DNA of 56,025 bases, counting the filler, from Dugesia japonica (lineage: Eukaryota): NCBI GenBank assembly GCA_001938525.1. It is 6 parts of 6 records of this genome, joined end to end, with 100 filler letters (N's around TTAATTAATTAA, not from the genome) between each part and the next. Parts side by side here need not be neighbours in the genome. Positions count along the whole stretch, not along the records: positions 38,252 to 46,769 come from MQRL01635376.1; positions 46,870 to 56,025 come from MQRL01265305.1; 4 more parts are not named here. One strand, written 5' to 3'. Under the pieces are notes generated by a model. The model was not told where the DNA came from, ran no database searches, and saw nothing but the letters and a program-made list of their open reading frames with translations. Positions 39,626-52,699 of this stretch are shown in pieces; the stretch's first letter is position 1; each line of letters opens with the position of its first letter. The translations under genes were made by a program, and so were the position numbers.

Positions 39626-40949
39626 TTTAAAAAATTGATTTACAGTAAATAATGTGTGCTCTAAATATTTTAAAATTTATTATTTTTAAGGTTTAATTTA
39701 ATAATTTAACAAAACATAGAATAATATTTTAAAGATATTATCGACAAATATTTTAAGAAACATTTAAAATTGCACCTTTGCAATGAGATATTTTAGGCAA
39801 TATAGTATATTAGAACAATGGAAAATATAAAATTATTTAATGCAAATTTAAAAAGAATGTTTTTATAATTACAAATTAATTGTGACTAACATTCTATGTT
39901 ATTTAAAATTATTTTGATAGCAATGATGACTTTTAATTTGTAAGAATTTAACAAGTTAACAAAAAATTATCTTAAAACTTTAATTTCGTAGAAATATTTC
40001 AATACGTTTGTGAGTTATTTTCAAAATGAATAATAATAATTATTTTATTTGGCAAATCAAAATTTATTTCTCGGAATAACAGATAAAAGGTATAGTAATA
40101 AATTTAATTAGACATCATTTTTAAAATTTTATTAAATAAATTGAAAAAATGTGTGTGTGTNNNNNNNNNNNNNNNNNNNNNNNNNNNNNNNNNNNNNNNN
40201 NNNNNNNNNNNNNNNNNNNNNNNNNNNNNNNNNNNNNNNNNNNNNNNNNNNNNNNNNNNNNNNNNNNNNNNNNNNNNNNNNNNNNNNNTCCTCGTTAGTA
40301 TTTACATATTCATAAAACTGTTCACGTGTAAATCTTTTAAATTGTATTTTGTTGGAATTCTAGCTTTGACAGAGTTTAGTAAAGGTTTGTTTCTTTCTTT
40401 CGTCCATTATGAATTAATCAAGAAGAACACTCTTTTTACATTATCGTTATGTCCGGAAATACAGAAAAAAATTCATAAATTCTAAGTAACTTCGAATATC
40501 ACNATGAATTTTGGCAAATTTATAAAAATTCACACTACTGTGCATGAAAGAGGCTTTCAAAAGATTTTTCATTTTTATCCTGCACGAATAATTAAAAATT
40601 GCAATATTGGTGAAACCATTCGACATTATCTACAGTTATATTTTACTCTTTCAGGTTAATTATTAAAATTTTGAACTATAGTCTCGGTTAATTATATGTT
40701 TATCTTTAAGTGAGAAACTGTTGTGCAAAATCTTCAACTTCTGTTTAAGAATATTAAAATGATATTGATGATCAGGAAAAGTATTGGGACTAGTGAAACG
40801 ATAGATGAAGTCGTGACAGTGCAGGCTAAGACCCCTCAAGAAAAGAATTTAAAAATGAAAATGATTATTAAAAATTTACAATAATTTTTAACCAATCAAA
40901 AATAATTTTTCTAAACTTTCAATTTAATTTAAAAGATGTTTTTTTTTGA

Positions 40950-40985
40950 AATTAAAATTTTCGACAATAGTCTTCTTCAGGGATT
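40950..40985 (-). ncRNA. Hammerhead-core copy of the short repeat
   Basis: Minus strand CCCTGAAGAAGACTATTGTCGAAAATTT; stem I degenerate. Confidence 0.5.
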
Positions 40986-42033
40986 TGATTTTAAATATTT
41001 TAAAGTAAATATTTCAAAGTAGTCTTTCAAATATAAATTTTAAAAATACATTTAATAATAATAATTTTCAGAAATTTAATCAAATATTTTATTAAAATTG
41101 AAAACAATTTTTCATTATACTTTAATTATTTTCCAAAGTTTACTATGAAATTTATAGTCATATATTATTAGTAAATTTAATCTTTTTCAATTAAATTGAG
41201 ATTTCTCAAAGAAACAAAATTATATTATCTAAAGTTGGTATGCAAAAAATTTTTAAAATGACAGCGATTTTTAAAAAATTAACACCATGCAGAGATTTGG
41301 AAAATTAATTTTCTTAATTTTTAACTAATTAAAAGTGATATTTATAAAAATTTCAATAAATTAAAAAGTCAAGACAAAAAGACGATTTTGTAGTTCTTAT
41401 TTAAAATCAAAGTTTTTATGAAAGTCTTATTCAGGAATTAAATTTAAAAATTGTGAAGTAAATTTTAAAAATTGTCAGTGAACAAAAAGTAATAAAAAAA
41501 TATCTAAATAGGCATTAACTTGTCGAAAAATATTTTCTTAAAATTTTAAAAATTTATATTCATAAAAGACTTTATATAAATTTGGTCAAGTTTCTTATGA
41601 AGTCTTTATATTAATATTAACAATATTATTTGATTGTTTAAATGTATTAATTTAAATAAAGCTAAAATATCAATAAATCTTAATTAAATTGTGTGATTGG
41701 TGGTTTGGGAAATTAAAACGTTGAGTAACAAATAACATTCATTTATCGTGTTTGTGTGTTATTAAACATCATCAGTAATTAGTCAATTTTTGGAAAATCC
41801 AAAACTATTGTTTGTGTTGGAGGTTATATTAACTGATTATGTTTTATTATGAGTTTGTTTGTCGATTAATAAATGTGAACACTTATTAAAATTTCAATGT
41901 AAAAAAAAGAAAACGAAAATTTTTAATAATGAAATATTTCCAAAAGAGAAAATTGTGATTTAAAAAATATGAGATTTGCCGAAGAAACTTTATAATTTAA
42001 ATTAATCTAACAAAAAGTTTATCTTTGAAGTAA

Positions 42034-42180
42034 TTCCCTGAAGAAGATTCGTCGAAATTCAAATTTCTTACAAGAATTTAAGAAAATAAATCTTTAATTT
42101 AAGGTTTTAAATTTATGGAAACTTTAAATAATTCTATCAGTGGTTAATTTTAACAATTATTCTAGTAATAATTTTAATCC
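42034..42180 (+). repeat. Degenerate copy of the hammerhead-bearing repeat
   Basis: CCCTGAAGAAGATTCGTCGAAATT ... TGGTTAA....AACAATTATTCT. Confidence 0.5.
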
Positions 42181-42449
42181 TAATACGAAAGATTTTAACA
42201 CAATTATTTTTAAAAGTTTTCAAAAATAAAATTAAGTAACAAAAAATTAAATTCTGCTTTGTTTTTTAATATTATTGAATATCAATGGCTTCAGTGTACT
42301 TCGATTGAAATTTGTTGAATGATTTGAAATTTTTAATATACTTTGCAATATGATAAACAATTTCTTATTTAGTCATATGGTTGTAAATATTTTAATTTCA
42401 AAAATGAAATCTTCGATAAATCTGTTTTCTCATATTTGAAATATAATAA

Positions 42450-42680
42450 TTTTTAGTAAGCCTGGATGATATTTTATTAAGCGGCAGAAACAAAGATGAA
42501 CACGCCGACCAAATTTGTAAAGTTTTTCACTTAATTAAACAAGTAGATTTTAAACAATAGCTAAGTAAATGTGATCAATTCAGAAAAAGTAAAATATTTG
42601 GGCATACAATTAGAGTTAAAAGTGCAAAGAAAAATAATGAAACTATTGAAAAATTCGATACACCGTAAAGGCAAAATATG
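42450..42680 (+). mobile_element. Ty3/gypsy RT fragment
   Basis: FLVSLDDILLSGRNKDEHADQICKVFHLIKQVDFKQ*LSKC...GHTI. Confidence 0.7.
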
Positions 42681-43158
42681 TTACACGTAAATACAAGCAT
42701 TTTTTAAAATTAAAAAATATAAACTATTTATCAATTTATAAATAATATATAACTATAATAATTTTAGACAGAAATGACGGAATTTATGAATAAAATTGAT
42801 ATGAAAATCTTGATTCCTAATTTATTGATAAAAGATTCAATTTGAAATTTACACAATTATTTTTGATATTTTTTTTATAAACTTCTTTTATTGAATTGAA
42901 ATTTTTAAAATTTCTCTATGTGAATTTCACGAAAAATCGAAGATTTTCACAATTTTATTAAAATTTAATTATATTTTATACTAATAATTTTTGTTTAAAC
43001 ACAACAATAAGTTAATAAATTACAAAAGCAATTAATGAATTTTTAATTTTAAATTTTCTAGTTTTTTTGCAATAGTTTTCTTTAATTTTTATTTGGATAA
43101 TATTTGTTTACTAAAATACATTTATTATACATATTTTTATCATAACAATATTAAAAAC

Positions 43159-46100
43159 ATGTTTAACGACGACGAAATTACTCCAGAAAATTGGCAGAAA
43201 TGTGCTTGGAATGTAATTGATAGTTTTTTTAATGAAAGGGGTCTTGTAAGTCAACAGCTAGACTCGTATAATGAATTTATATGCCATTCATTACAAGTAA
43301 TGGTTGATGAATATCCAAAAATAGAAGTTGAAGGTGAAAAGAATTATAGTTCTGGAAACGATAAAGCAAACCGGTGCGAATATAAATTTGGTCAAGTTTC
43401 TTTAAAGAAACCACATTGGTATGATGCGAACGGAGTTGGCCGTATTTTATTTCCAAATGAAGCAAGACTAAGAAATTTGACATATAGTGTCGAAGTATAT
43501 GTTGATTATGCAATGAATATCGAAAGGATCAATGGTGAATCTAAACAAATAGAAAAGCAAACAATGAAAATTGGCGAAATTCCTTGTATGTTAAGATCGG
43601 AATTTTGTCATCTTTCTGACATGAATGAAATCGATTTAACTCAAATGAACGAATGTCCATTAGATCCTGGAGGATATTTCATTGTAAATGGCTCGGAAAA
43701 GGTTTTAATTGCACAAGAAAGAATGGCTTATAACACAGTGTTTGTATTCCCATCTAAGGATAAATATCTTTATAAGTGTAGTGTAAAATCAATGGTGGAA
43801 CAAAGCTTTAGATCTCCAAGTACTTTTGGAGTGCATTTATGTAAACAAAGTTCCTTGGTAAAAGGAATATCCGGTCCAGTTATTATATGTCAGATTCCAT
43901 ATATTAAAGAAGATATACCAATCGTTATTTTATTTCGTGCGATGGGTTTCGTATCTGATCGAGATATTATTGAAAGAATAATTTTTAATTCCGATGATAT
44001 TGATATGCATGAAGTGCTAAAACCATCATTTCTCGAAGGTTCTGTTATTCAGACAGAAGATGCAGCTCTTAATTATATTGGATCAAGAGGTGCCAAAGAA
44101 GGTACTCCAATTCTTCAAAGAATTAAATTTGCCAAGGATATAATTACAAAAGAGATTTTACCGCATGTTGGTTTAACTGAAAGCAGCACAAACAAAAAGT
44201 CTTATTTTCTAGGCTATATGGTTAATAAATTAATAATGACTTCATTAAAAAAAAGAGTTCCAGATGATCGAGATCATATGGGACACAAGAGACTTGATTT
44301 AGCTGGACCATTATTGGCATCAATATTCAAAGGGTCTTTCAAAAATCTCGTTAAAGAGTTAAAAATGAATACTGCGAGACTTCTAAATGGAAAAACTGAT
44401 TTTAATGCCTCACATGCTATGAAACATAGTCCCATCACATTAGCTATGAAATACAGCTTAGCCACTGGAAATTGGGGAGATCAAAAAAAAGCAAGTGAAA
44501 CAAGAAAAGGAGTATCTCAGGTATTAAACAGACTTACATATGTGGCAGCTTTGTCACATTTGAGAAGAACCAATTCTCCTACAGGAAGAGATTCGAAACT
44601 AGCAAAACCACGTCAGTTGCATAATACACAATGGGGCATGGTATGTCCAGCAGAAACTCCTGAAGGTCATGCTGTAGGATTAGTGAAAAATTTAGCACTT
44701 ATGGCATACGTTTCAGTTGGTAGTAAAAGTGACCCAATTATAGAATTTCTAGAGGAATGGAGTATGGAGAGCTTAAACGAAATTGCACCATCTGCTATTG
44801 CTAATGCCACAAAGATTTTGGTAAATGGAAGTTGGGTTGGAATTCATCGAGATCCTAATCAATTATATAAAACATTAAAAAAATTGAGAAGATCAATGGA
44901 TGTGATAGCTAGTGAAGTTAGTATAGTTCGTGATTATTCTCAAGATGAAATAAAGATTTACAGTGATGCTGGTCGAATATGTCGACCTTTACTAATTGTT
45001 GATGATCGAAAGCTGGTTATTAAAGAGAAACATATTGATCTTCTAAAGCAATCAAGATTTGGATGGCATGATTTGATTTCCGGAGGCCTAGTAGAATATG
45101 TTGATACTTTAGAAGAAGAAACATGCATGATTGCTATGGTACCAGCGTATATTAGTGGAGACTCGAAATATTGTAAAACGTATGATCATTGTGAAATTCA
45201 TCCATCTATGATTCTGGGTGTTTGCGCAAGTATTATTCCATTTCCTGACCATAACCAGTCCCCTAGAAACTGTTATCAAAGTGCTATGGGTAAACAAGCT
45301 ATGGGCTTTTATATAAGCAATTTTCAAAAAAGAATGGATACTTTAGCACATGTTCTGTATTATTCACAGAAACCTCTGGCATCATCTAGGGCCATGGACT
45401 ATTTGAAATATAAAGAACTACCAGCAGGAATTAATGCAATAGTAGCTATAGCATCATATACTGGCTACAACCAGGAAGATTCTATTATTTTAAACGAATC
45501 GTCTATTGAAAGAGGACTCTTTAGATCTGAGTTTTATCGAACTGTCTGTGAAACTGAAAGTACTAATTCGGAGTTAGTCGAATGTATTGAAAAACCTTAT
45601 AGTTCAGAAACACTTGGAATGAGGGAACGAGAATATATAAAATTAGATTCAGATGGATTAATTTGTCCTAATGAAAGAGTATCAGGGGGTGATGCTTTAA
45701 TCGGGAAAACAGTAACAATTCCAGAGTCAAGTGAATTTACAGATATCCAAGCGAATAATACATTCAAGAAACGAGATTGCAGTTTTTTTATGAAAAAAAC
45801 TGAAAACGGCATTGTTGATAAAGTAATGATAACTACAAACAACGATGGTTCAAAAATGGTCAAAACAACAATTAGAACAACCAAAATACCTCAAATTGGT
45901 GATAAATTTGCATCTCGCCATGGTCAAAAAGGTACATGTGGAATCAGATATAGACAAGAAGATATGCTTTTTAACAGTGAAGGTGTAACACCCGACATTA
46001 TTATCAATCCTCATGCTATTCCAAGTCGTATGACTATTGGTCATTTAATAGAAACTTTAGTTGGAAAAGTAGCAGCTATTCGTGGAGAATCAGGTGATGC

Positions 46101-46629
46101 AACTCCATTTAATGATTTTATCAATGTTGGAAAAATATCTAGTCTTTTAAAAGAAGTAGGATATGAAAAAAGCGGTAATGAAATAATGTATAATGGTCAC
46201 ACAGGCAAAAAATTAAATACAACAGTATTTTTGGGGCCAACATTTTATCAAAGGTTGAAGCATATGGTAGATGACAAAATTCACAGCAGAGCAAGAGGAC
46301 CTGTTACAATGATGACAAGACAGCCTCTTGAAGGTAGAGCAAAGGATGGTGGTTTACGATTTGGTGAAATGGAGAGAGACTGTCAAATTGCTCACGGCGC
46401 GGCTCTTTTTTTAAAGGAGCGGTTACTAGACTGTAGTGATGCATATATCATTTATGTGTGCAAAGAATGTGGATATATGGTAATTGCAAAGCCATCAAAA
46501 AATTTATTTGAATGCAATTATTGTAACAAGATGACACAAGTTGCCAGAGTAAAATTACCTTACGCTGCCAAGCTATTGAATCAAGAACTGCTATCAATGC
46601 ATATTACTATGAGACTTAGATGGGATTAA
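43159..46629 (+). CDS. RPB2: DNA-directed RNA polymerase II second-largest subunit, intronless, 1156 aa from the first ATG (MFNDDEIT...)
   Basis: Hallmark motifs: [111 protein letters not shown], CxxC-x15-CxxC. AATAAA at 46649. The track start at 43093 is an upstream TTG. Confidence 0.98.
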   Translation: MFNDDEITPENWQKCAWNVIDSFFNERGLVSQQLDSYNEFICHSLQVMVDEYPKIEVEGEKNYSSGNDKANRCEYKFGQVSLKKPHWYDANGVGRILFPNEARLRNLTYSVEVYVDYAMNIERINGESKQIEKQTMKIGEIPCMLRSEFCHLSDMNEIDLTQMNECPLDPGGYFIVNGSEKVLIAQERMAYNTVFVFPSKDKYLYKCSVKSMVEQSFRSPSTFGVHLCKQSSLVKGISGPVIICQIPYIKEDIPIVILFRAMGFVSDRDIIERIIFNSDDIDMHEVLKPSFLEGSVIQTEDAALNYIGSRGAKEGTPILQRIKFAKDIITKEILPHVGLTESSTNKKSYFLGYMVNKLIMTSLKKRVPDDRDHMGHKRLDLAGPLLASIFKGSFKNLVKELKMNTARLLNGKTDFNASHAMKHSPITLAMKYSLATGNWGDQKKASETRKGVSQVLNRLTYVAALSHLRRTNSPTGRDSKLAKPRQLHNTQWGMVCPAETPEGHAVGLVKNLALMAYVSVGSKSDPIIEFLEEWSMESLNEIAPSAIANATKILVNGSWVGIHRDPNQLYKTLKKLRRSMDVIASEVSIVRDYSQDEIKIYSDAGRICRPLLIVDDRKLVIKEKHIDLLKQSRFGWHDLISGGLVEYVDTLEEETCMIAMVPAYISGDSKYCKTYDHCEIHPSMILGVCASIIPFPDHNQSPRNCYQSAMGKQAMGFYISNFQKRMDTLAHVLYYSQKPLASSRAMDYLKYKELPAGINAIVAIASYTGYNQEDSIILNESSIERGLFRSEFYRTVCETESTNSELVECIEKPYSSETLGMREREYIKLDSDGLICPNERVSGGDALIGKTVTIPESSEFTDIQANNTFKKRDCSFFMKKTENGIVDKVMITTNNDGSKMVKTTIRTTKIPQIGDKFASRHGQKGTCGIRYRQEDMLFNSEGVTPDIIINPHAIPSRMTIGHLIETLVGKVAAIRGESGDATPFNDFINVGKISSLLKEVGYEKSGNEIMYNGHTGKKLNTTVFLGPTFYQRLKHMVDDKIHSRARGPVTMMTRQPLEGRAKDGGLRFGEMERDCQIAHGAALFLKERLLDCSDAYIIYVCKECGYMVIAKPSKNLFECNYCNKMTQVARVKLPYAAKLLNQELLSMHITMRLRWD

Positions 46630-46869
46630 TTATTTGTTTTTAATAATTAATAAAATTTTATTGATTGTTCATTTTTTCTTTTGATAATTTTAACTATATT
46701 TTAACGATTAGATTCCTATTTGAATAAAATACGAAGTTAATGTAATAGTCAAGTTAATTTTTTGGAGTTNNNNNNNNNNNNNNNNNNNNNNNNNNNNNNN
46801 NNNNNNNNNNNNNTTAATTAATTAANNNNNNNNNNNNNNNNNNNNNNNNNNNNNNNNNNNNNNNNNNNN

Positions 46870-46985
46870 TTTATTATTAATTTATTATTAATTTATTATT
46901 AATTTATTATTAATTTATTATTAATTTATTATTAATTTATTATCAATTTATTATTAATTTATTATTTCTTTATTATTAATTTATT
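46870..46985. repeat. 11-bp tandem repeat (TTTATTATTAA)
   Basis: Read directly; decays toward the right. Confidence 0.85.
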
Positions 46986-47479
46986 GTTTCTTTATTAGTC
47001 GTTTATTATTTCTTTATTTGTTTATTAAAAAACTTATAATTAATAATTATAGCGTAACTAAAAAACATTATAATTGCTTTTTAATTTGTAAGACAAAATC
47101 TTACGTACTTTATAAAACTCATTCTAAATGAATCACTTTTTTGTTTTAATTGATCTTAAACAGTTAAAATAAATGTCTTGACGATAAAATGAAATCAGTT
47201 GTAATAGTGCAATTCTAGATTTTGTTTTAAAACAGGAAATTCATTACAAATTTTTTCATACTTTCAAAATTACAGTAAAAATTTCAAGATGGTTGTACAA
47301 AAAATGTTATATTAAATTTTATTTAAGTGCCCAATTAATTTTAATTAAAATTAATAAAAGTTTATTGAACTTTTAAAATTATTTTTTTTAAGAAAATAAC
47401 CCAAAATCAGTTCAAACTATTAAGACATTTAAGATGAGGCTATTTTGCCTTGTACTATTTTACGAGTCACCCATTTATA

Positions 47480-47952
47480 GAAAAGATGAACAATAATTTG
47501 GTTTTATAAGTTTAAGAAAAGAAATAAAGCTGTACAAACCGCTCGATATATCAATCGTATAAGTGGCAAAGGGACCGCAAGTAAACTTACCTATGAAATT
47601 TGGTTTCTAAAGATTGGAGATTGAAGCCTTGAAGATGACTAAGACTGTGAACAAACCCTGCAATTGAAAATGAATAATTGAAGGAGTTAGTCAAAACTGA
47701 TCCGCTTACAACTATACAGGAAGTTACCCATAACTCATTTTTAACTATGCTGTCATTTATGCCTTTGAACATTTCGTTGCATTCAGAACTCAAGATTTCT
47801 AGTCTATTCGGATAAATTTACTTAAACGTTTTGGAAACAACTTTTATATAATAATGAATTTGATTTTAATTAATGCAATTTTATTCAAGCTGAGATCTGT
47901 TCATTTAATGTTGAAGATTTAAACCCGGTATTTAATACTTTACAATCAAATA
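47480..47952 (+). mobile_element. Internally deleted mariner remnant
   Basis: FYKFKKRNKAVQTARYIN...IWF...SLEDD...LKELVKTDPLTTIQEV joins the C-terminal AFEHFVAFRTQDF; a degenerate 3' TIR lies at about 47921-47952. Confidence 0.7.
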
Positions 47953-48249
47953 GGAAACATTTGTATTCTTCAGTAAATGTTTAAAAGGAAATTTTAAAAA
48001 TATATTTCGTTTAAAATATAATATATATAAATATTAATTATATATATATTAATCTGTGAAACTTTGGTTAAATTGAAAGTTAAATTAGAATAAAGATAAA
48101 TCTGCCTAATTACTTCAAAATAACTAAAGAATTCTCAGTCATTCTGCGTGTAATTTGACTTTCATAATTTTGTATTTCATAATNNNNNNNNNNNNNNNNN
48201 NNNNNNNNNNNNNNNNNNNNNNNNNNNNNNNNNNNNNNNNNNNNNNNNN

Positions 48250-49030
48250 GTTTTTAAATTCTTTAGTTGACCCAATATTTTTTTACCATATTTTGTTTTT
48301 CTTAATGTTCTGTTGAGATTTAGTTTGTTCTTTTGTTTGATTAATATTATCATTAATTTGCACAGGAATTCCAAAAAAAGATTGAACGGTTAAATTCTGA
48401 ATTGTTGTTTATCATTGTTGAAGCTGTTGATTGTATAAGTTTAATAATTTAGTTCATATAGATTTAGAATCAAAACTTTTCTTATTTTTTTAATAAAGTT
48501 AATCTTGTCTTGTGGTTCTTTTTTATTTTACTTGAAACTAGTTACATATATCAAGTAAAATTGATCATTTTCAGAGTGAACAGTAACATTAATATAATGA
48601 ACAATAAATGAATTTAAACCAACAATAAAAGCATCCAGATGTATTTCAATTTTTTGTTAACTTTAATTACTTTGTAAATTTTGTTTTTCTTTTAATTTAA
48701 TGTTCAATTTTATTAATTATTTGTGGATTAATAAATACGAAAAATTATTTGAAATTGTATTTTCAGAAATTTTCTGTTTGCATTTTCATTCAAATATGCA
48801 AATGCATCTCAGCCTATTTAATTACTATTTCTCACGATTGCAAATTAATATTTCCGTAGTATTCTCAATTATTTCTTTGTAAACTTTCAAAATATTTTTT
48901 TAAAGCCACACTGATAATTGGTATTTCAACTGTTTCACTGCTTCAATATTATTAATAAATCTCCTGTGAATTAATTCTCATGATATTTATCTTTTCACGT
49001 GTAGTTTACCGCAACAACAGTAAAGGATAT
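48250..49030 (-). mobile_element. Heavily decayed Penelope-like RT remnant
   Basis: Minus strand GKLH...RRFINNI...YQLSVWL...IENTTEIL and a later LDIC resemble Penelope RT blocks (PKIHK...RPIVS...YQLSKWL; FLDI). Confidence 0.35.
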
Positions 49031-49239
49031 TATTTCAATATAGAAACTTCATCCATCAATTATTACTAAATTTCAGAAATGTAAAGAGCATTGTACTTGT
49101 GTACAATATAATAAATTATTCCACTTTTTATATTTATTTAATATTATTATTCGCATTTATAACCTTCTCAGTGTTAAGGTTTATGCCTTAGAAAATTTTC
49201 AATTTAATTTGAATAATTTGTTAAAAACTTTTTCTAATT

Positions 49240-49800
49240 TATAAATTGAGATTTATAATTATTGTATTTTCACATAAACTTAAAAATAATTGCAATTTAT
49301 TAATAAACACACAAACATGCAATTTAAATCAATATTTATTAATAGCAACAAGTTTCGACAGTATGTTTGTCTTTTTCACATAAACTATTTTAAACTTTGA
49401 TTATTACGCATTATGCAATCGATTATATAACATTTTCAATAAATTTCAAATTAAATAAAGATTTTCAATAAAGATTTAGAAAGACACGTTTGAAAATTAA
49501 TTTTTGAATGATAATCATCAAATCTTTGCATATGTATCTCTCCCAATAATCTTTAAGATTTCTGAAAACAATTTGGAAATTATTAATATTTATAACTGCT
49601 TTACAATATTACTGCGACTGCCTTACCGACTGTGTTCCTGAATTCCTTTACAGAGATGACGGGAAGTCACTCCAATGTATGTGATATTAACCCATTACAC
49701 TGATAAATAAGTATTTTCAAAATAAATTTTTATTTCAAATTTTAATATTAAAGTATTTTAAGGTATAAATTGCTTGTTTAAATGTTGTAAATAAATCTTC
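49240..49800 (-). mobile_element. Penelope-like element 3' end: GIY-YIG endonuclease remnant and a degenerate hammerhead (49341-49390)
   Basis: YQCNG/NITYIGVTSRHLCKGIQEH matches the C..YIG.T.R.L..R..EH motif. Downstream lies AATAGT...TGAAAAA-GACA(7 nt)TGTC-GAAAC-TT-GTT-GCTATT. Confidence 0.7.
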
Positions 49801-50465
49801 TTCTACGATTTTTGTTTGCATCAAGTATTGATACAGTACTAGATCTCGCAGTTTAAACCACTCGAATTCTCACGCTACTCCAATCCAAAATTAAGTCGTC
49901 TACAAACAATTTGATGCCTACACGTAAACCATTATAAATCATTAAAACATTCAATCTATTTTTCTAGAAAGGCCTGTGACAAAATGTATGGATAAGAAAC
50001 ACAGTAGATGAATAATAGCAAACTACACCAAGCCTCACGTGACGTAACATTATATATGATATATACAAGTTTATTATGTAAACATACATACAGTTTGAGG
50101 ACGTTTCTTTTCCAGTTTGCTATGTAATCAGTTAATACCTATTAGACCATATAAACAACGTAACGTAATAATTCCAATTACATTATAAACACGCAATCTA
50201 TTACAAAATTGACAAGAATATAATTTTTTGATTAAATACAGTACATTAAGGTTTTTTGTTTAAATTTACTAATATTAATGATTTTAGTTATATATCATTT
50301 TTTAAATGATATAAAGGTTTAAATTTGTTAATATTATATAATATTATTTGTTTAAATAATTCAATATTAATAAATAGCTTTTTGTTTAAATAAATAATTT
50401 GGAAAGTTCAATTCTTTTAACTTATAATCACGCCAAAATAAACGGACTGACGAAAAAAGAAAAAG

Positions 50466-52040
50466 ATGATCNACAAAAGATTTTTGCAAAACTTAATGCA
50501 TAAAATATTTGAAGGAATGTTGTATAAAGTAATATTAGTATATCTGGATGATATTTTGATATATATTAAAACTAAAGAGGAGCACGACAAACGAGTTGGT
50601 AAAGTTTTTCAGCCCCTAAAAGATGCGGGTATAAAAATAAATCTAAGTAAATGTGCGTTCAATTCCAAAAAGCTGAAAAGTTTAGGACATGCATTTATTT
50701 TTAAAGGTATTGAGACAAATGATGAAAACTTCGAGAAGCCGTAACGTCAAAATGTGCCAAGCAAACACGAGCGTTCTTCATATTAATCAACTATTACAGG
50801 CGTCTTATAAAATATTGTGCTTTACTTGCAGCCCCACTGTATGCAGCGACGACAGGACAAGAAAAGAACATTGAATGAACAAAATAATGTGAGGATAGTT
50901 TTCAATTTTTGAAAATAAAATTGTGTAGTGCTCCGATCTTGACTTTCTCAAATAATAGGGGCGAAATAACATTGAACACTTGTGCTAATTTTGGAGCCAT
51001 TGGAGGGGTTTTGAGTCAAATAACCTATAATGAATTGCAACTGGTCATAGCGTATGGTTCTTTAACTTTAAACAATCACAAAAAAGGATTTTGTGTTACT
51101 TGCAAGGAATTGTTAGCTCTGCATGAGTTTATGACGTATTTTAAATACTATTTGTATGGCATGAATTATAAAGCATTGACTTTTATGACGTAGACTAGTA
51201 AGCCTATCAGTTCTCAGTTTAAAACCTGAATAACAAATTTAGCAGATTTTAATTCCAATCTAGAATGCCGTAAAGGAGCTTATGGACATGCTGAAGAAAT
51301 TTTAAAGATAGAAGAGAGTCTTTGTTCGCTAGGTTAGAATGTACGTCAAGATGCCAAAGGGAAACGATCTCAAGTTAAAAGAATCAACCCTTCAGATAAA
51401 ACAAACTTTGATAGAAGTCATATTAAAAAAGTACAGAGAAATGATCCAATAACGAGAGAAACCATTGAATTTATTGAAAGTGGAATGATAAATTATAAGC
51501 TCGGCACAATGGTGACCAAAAATAAATATTTTTCCAAACTGGAAAAGTTTAAGACGTATTATGAGATAATGAATATCAATGAAGGCAATAAGAAAAGAAC
51601 TGTACTGGCAAGGCAATCAATACCTGACCTTATAGATTTCATACACGATGGGTTATGTCATGTGGAAGGTCAAAAACTGATTGAATATTTGAGTGTAAGT
51701 TATCTTTGTAAAATTATGCAAAGAAATGTTGAACATCAACTAAACAAATATATAATATCTAACATGTGAACAAAGAAATTTATTATTCCAAGAACAGAAT
51801 TGGAACCATTAAAACAGGTTATCGTGAATATTGTTTACTTTCCAGAAGTAATAACCAAATAAAAATACGTTCTCATCATGGTTGACAGGTATAGTAAGTT
51901 AGTGTCATTTGCAGCGTTAAATAAACATGGTGAAACTTTGGTAATTGAGGCAATAAAAGCTGGATATATTGTTTTGGTAAGCCAAAATCATTTTTAACCG
52001 ACAGAGCAAATATATTTGAAGAAAAAATAAATAATTATGG
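50466..52040 (+). mobile_element. Ty3/gypsy pol pseudogene (RT, RNase H, integrase N-terminus)
   Basis: VYLDDILIY, KINLSKCAF, NYYRRLIK, AIGGVLSQ...VIAYGS...CVTCKELLAL, IHDGLCHVEG in RT-RH-IN order, with frameshifts. Confidence 0.92.
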
Positions 52041-52699
52041 AAATTGCAAGTCTTTTTTGGGAGTAAACTTATTTTGTATAAATCTTTAAAAGTTTTCAAA
52101 ACGTTAACCAAATTTTAAACTTTTATTTTAGCATATGATTATTTTTACATCAATATTTTCAGAATGACCTCAAGATCATTTTTGACAAGAAAGATGCATT
52201 TCGAACAATAAAATGCATCTCTAAAAAGTATACCTAAAAGCGCTAATAAGTGGTTTTTTGCAAAGGTTCACCACTGAGTTTTTGAAAAAATAAAATGTAT
52301 TTCAAATATGATCAACAACCCATTTATTCAATAGAGAATTATTTATTGATCAGGAATATTACAGTTAAAAATCGTCAAACTTTAACGTTGATGACAGAAC
52401 TTGTAAAAACAAATCTTTTAAAAATCAAACCCCATTGGACATTAAAATTTAATTTCCCCTAGTAATAATATATATTAGTTGCTCCCTCAGTGATATTTTA
52501 AATAAAAAATTAACAAGTAAATAACCAAGTAGAAATAACTAACAAAATAAATAACTAACTAATTATAAACTAAAATTTATATCAAATAAAAATATTATAG
52601 AATTTGAATGAAATCTCAATCTTTATTGGAAATATTAAACAAGAAAATTAATTAATTTCAATTAATTAATAAAAACATTACCTTTTCACAAGACTGGAT

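Noticed and set aside
40500-40885. Two open stretches between ERGIC2 and RPB2 (MNFGKFIK...; ETVVQNLQ...)
   Set aside because: They could not be spliced into a consistent frame or matched to any family.
43093-43158. 22-aa N-terminal extension of RPB2
   Set aside because: It starts at TTG in AT-rich sequence; homology begins at the ATG at 43159.
43277-46044. Short antisense ORFs inside RPB2
   Set aside because: Shadow frames of a real CDS with no independent features.
3857-46629. Mini-TBP plus divergent RPB2 as one linked alternative transcription locus
   Set aside because: They are separated by four artificial linkers and the TBP-like sequence is a pseudogene; there is no evidence of linkage.
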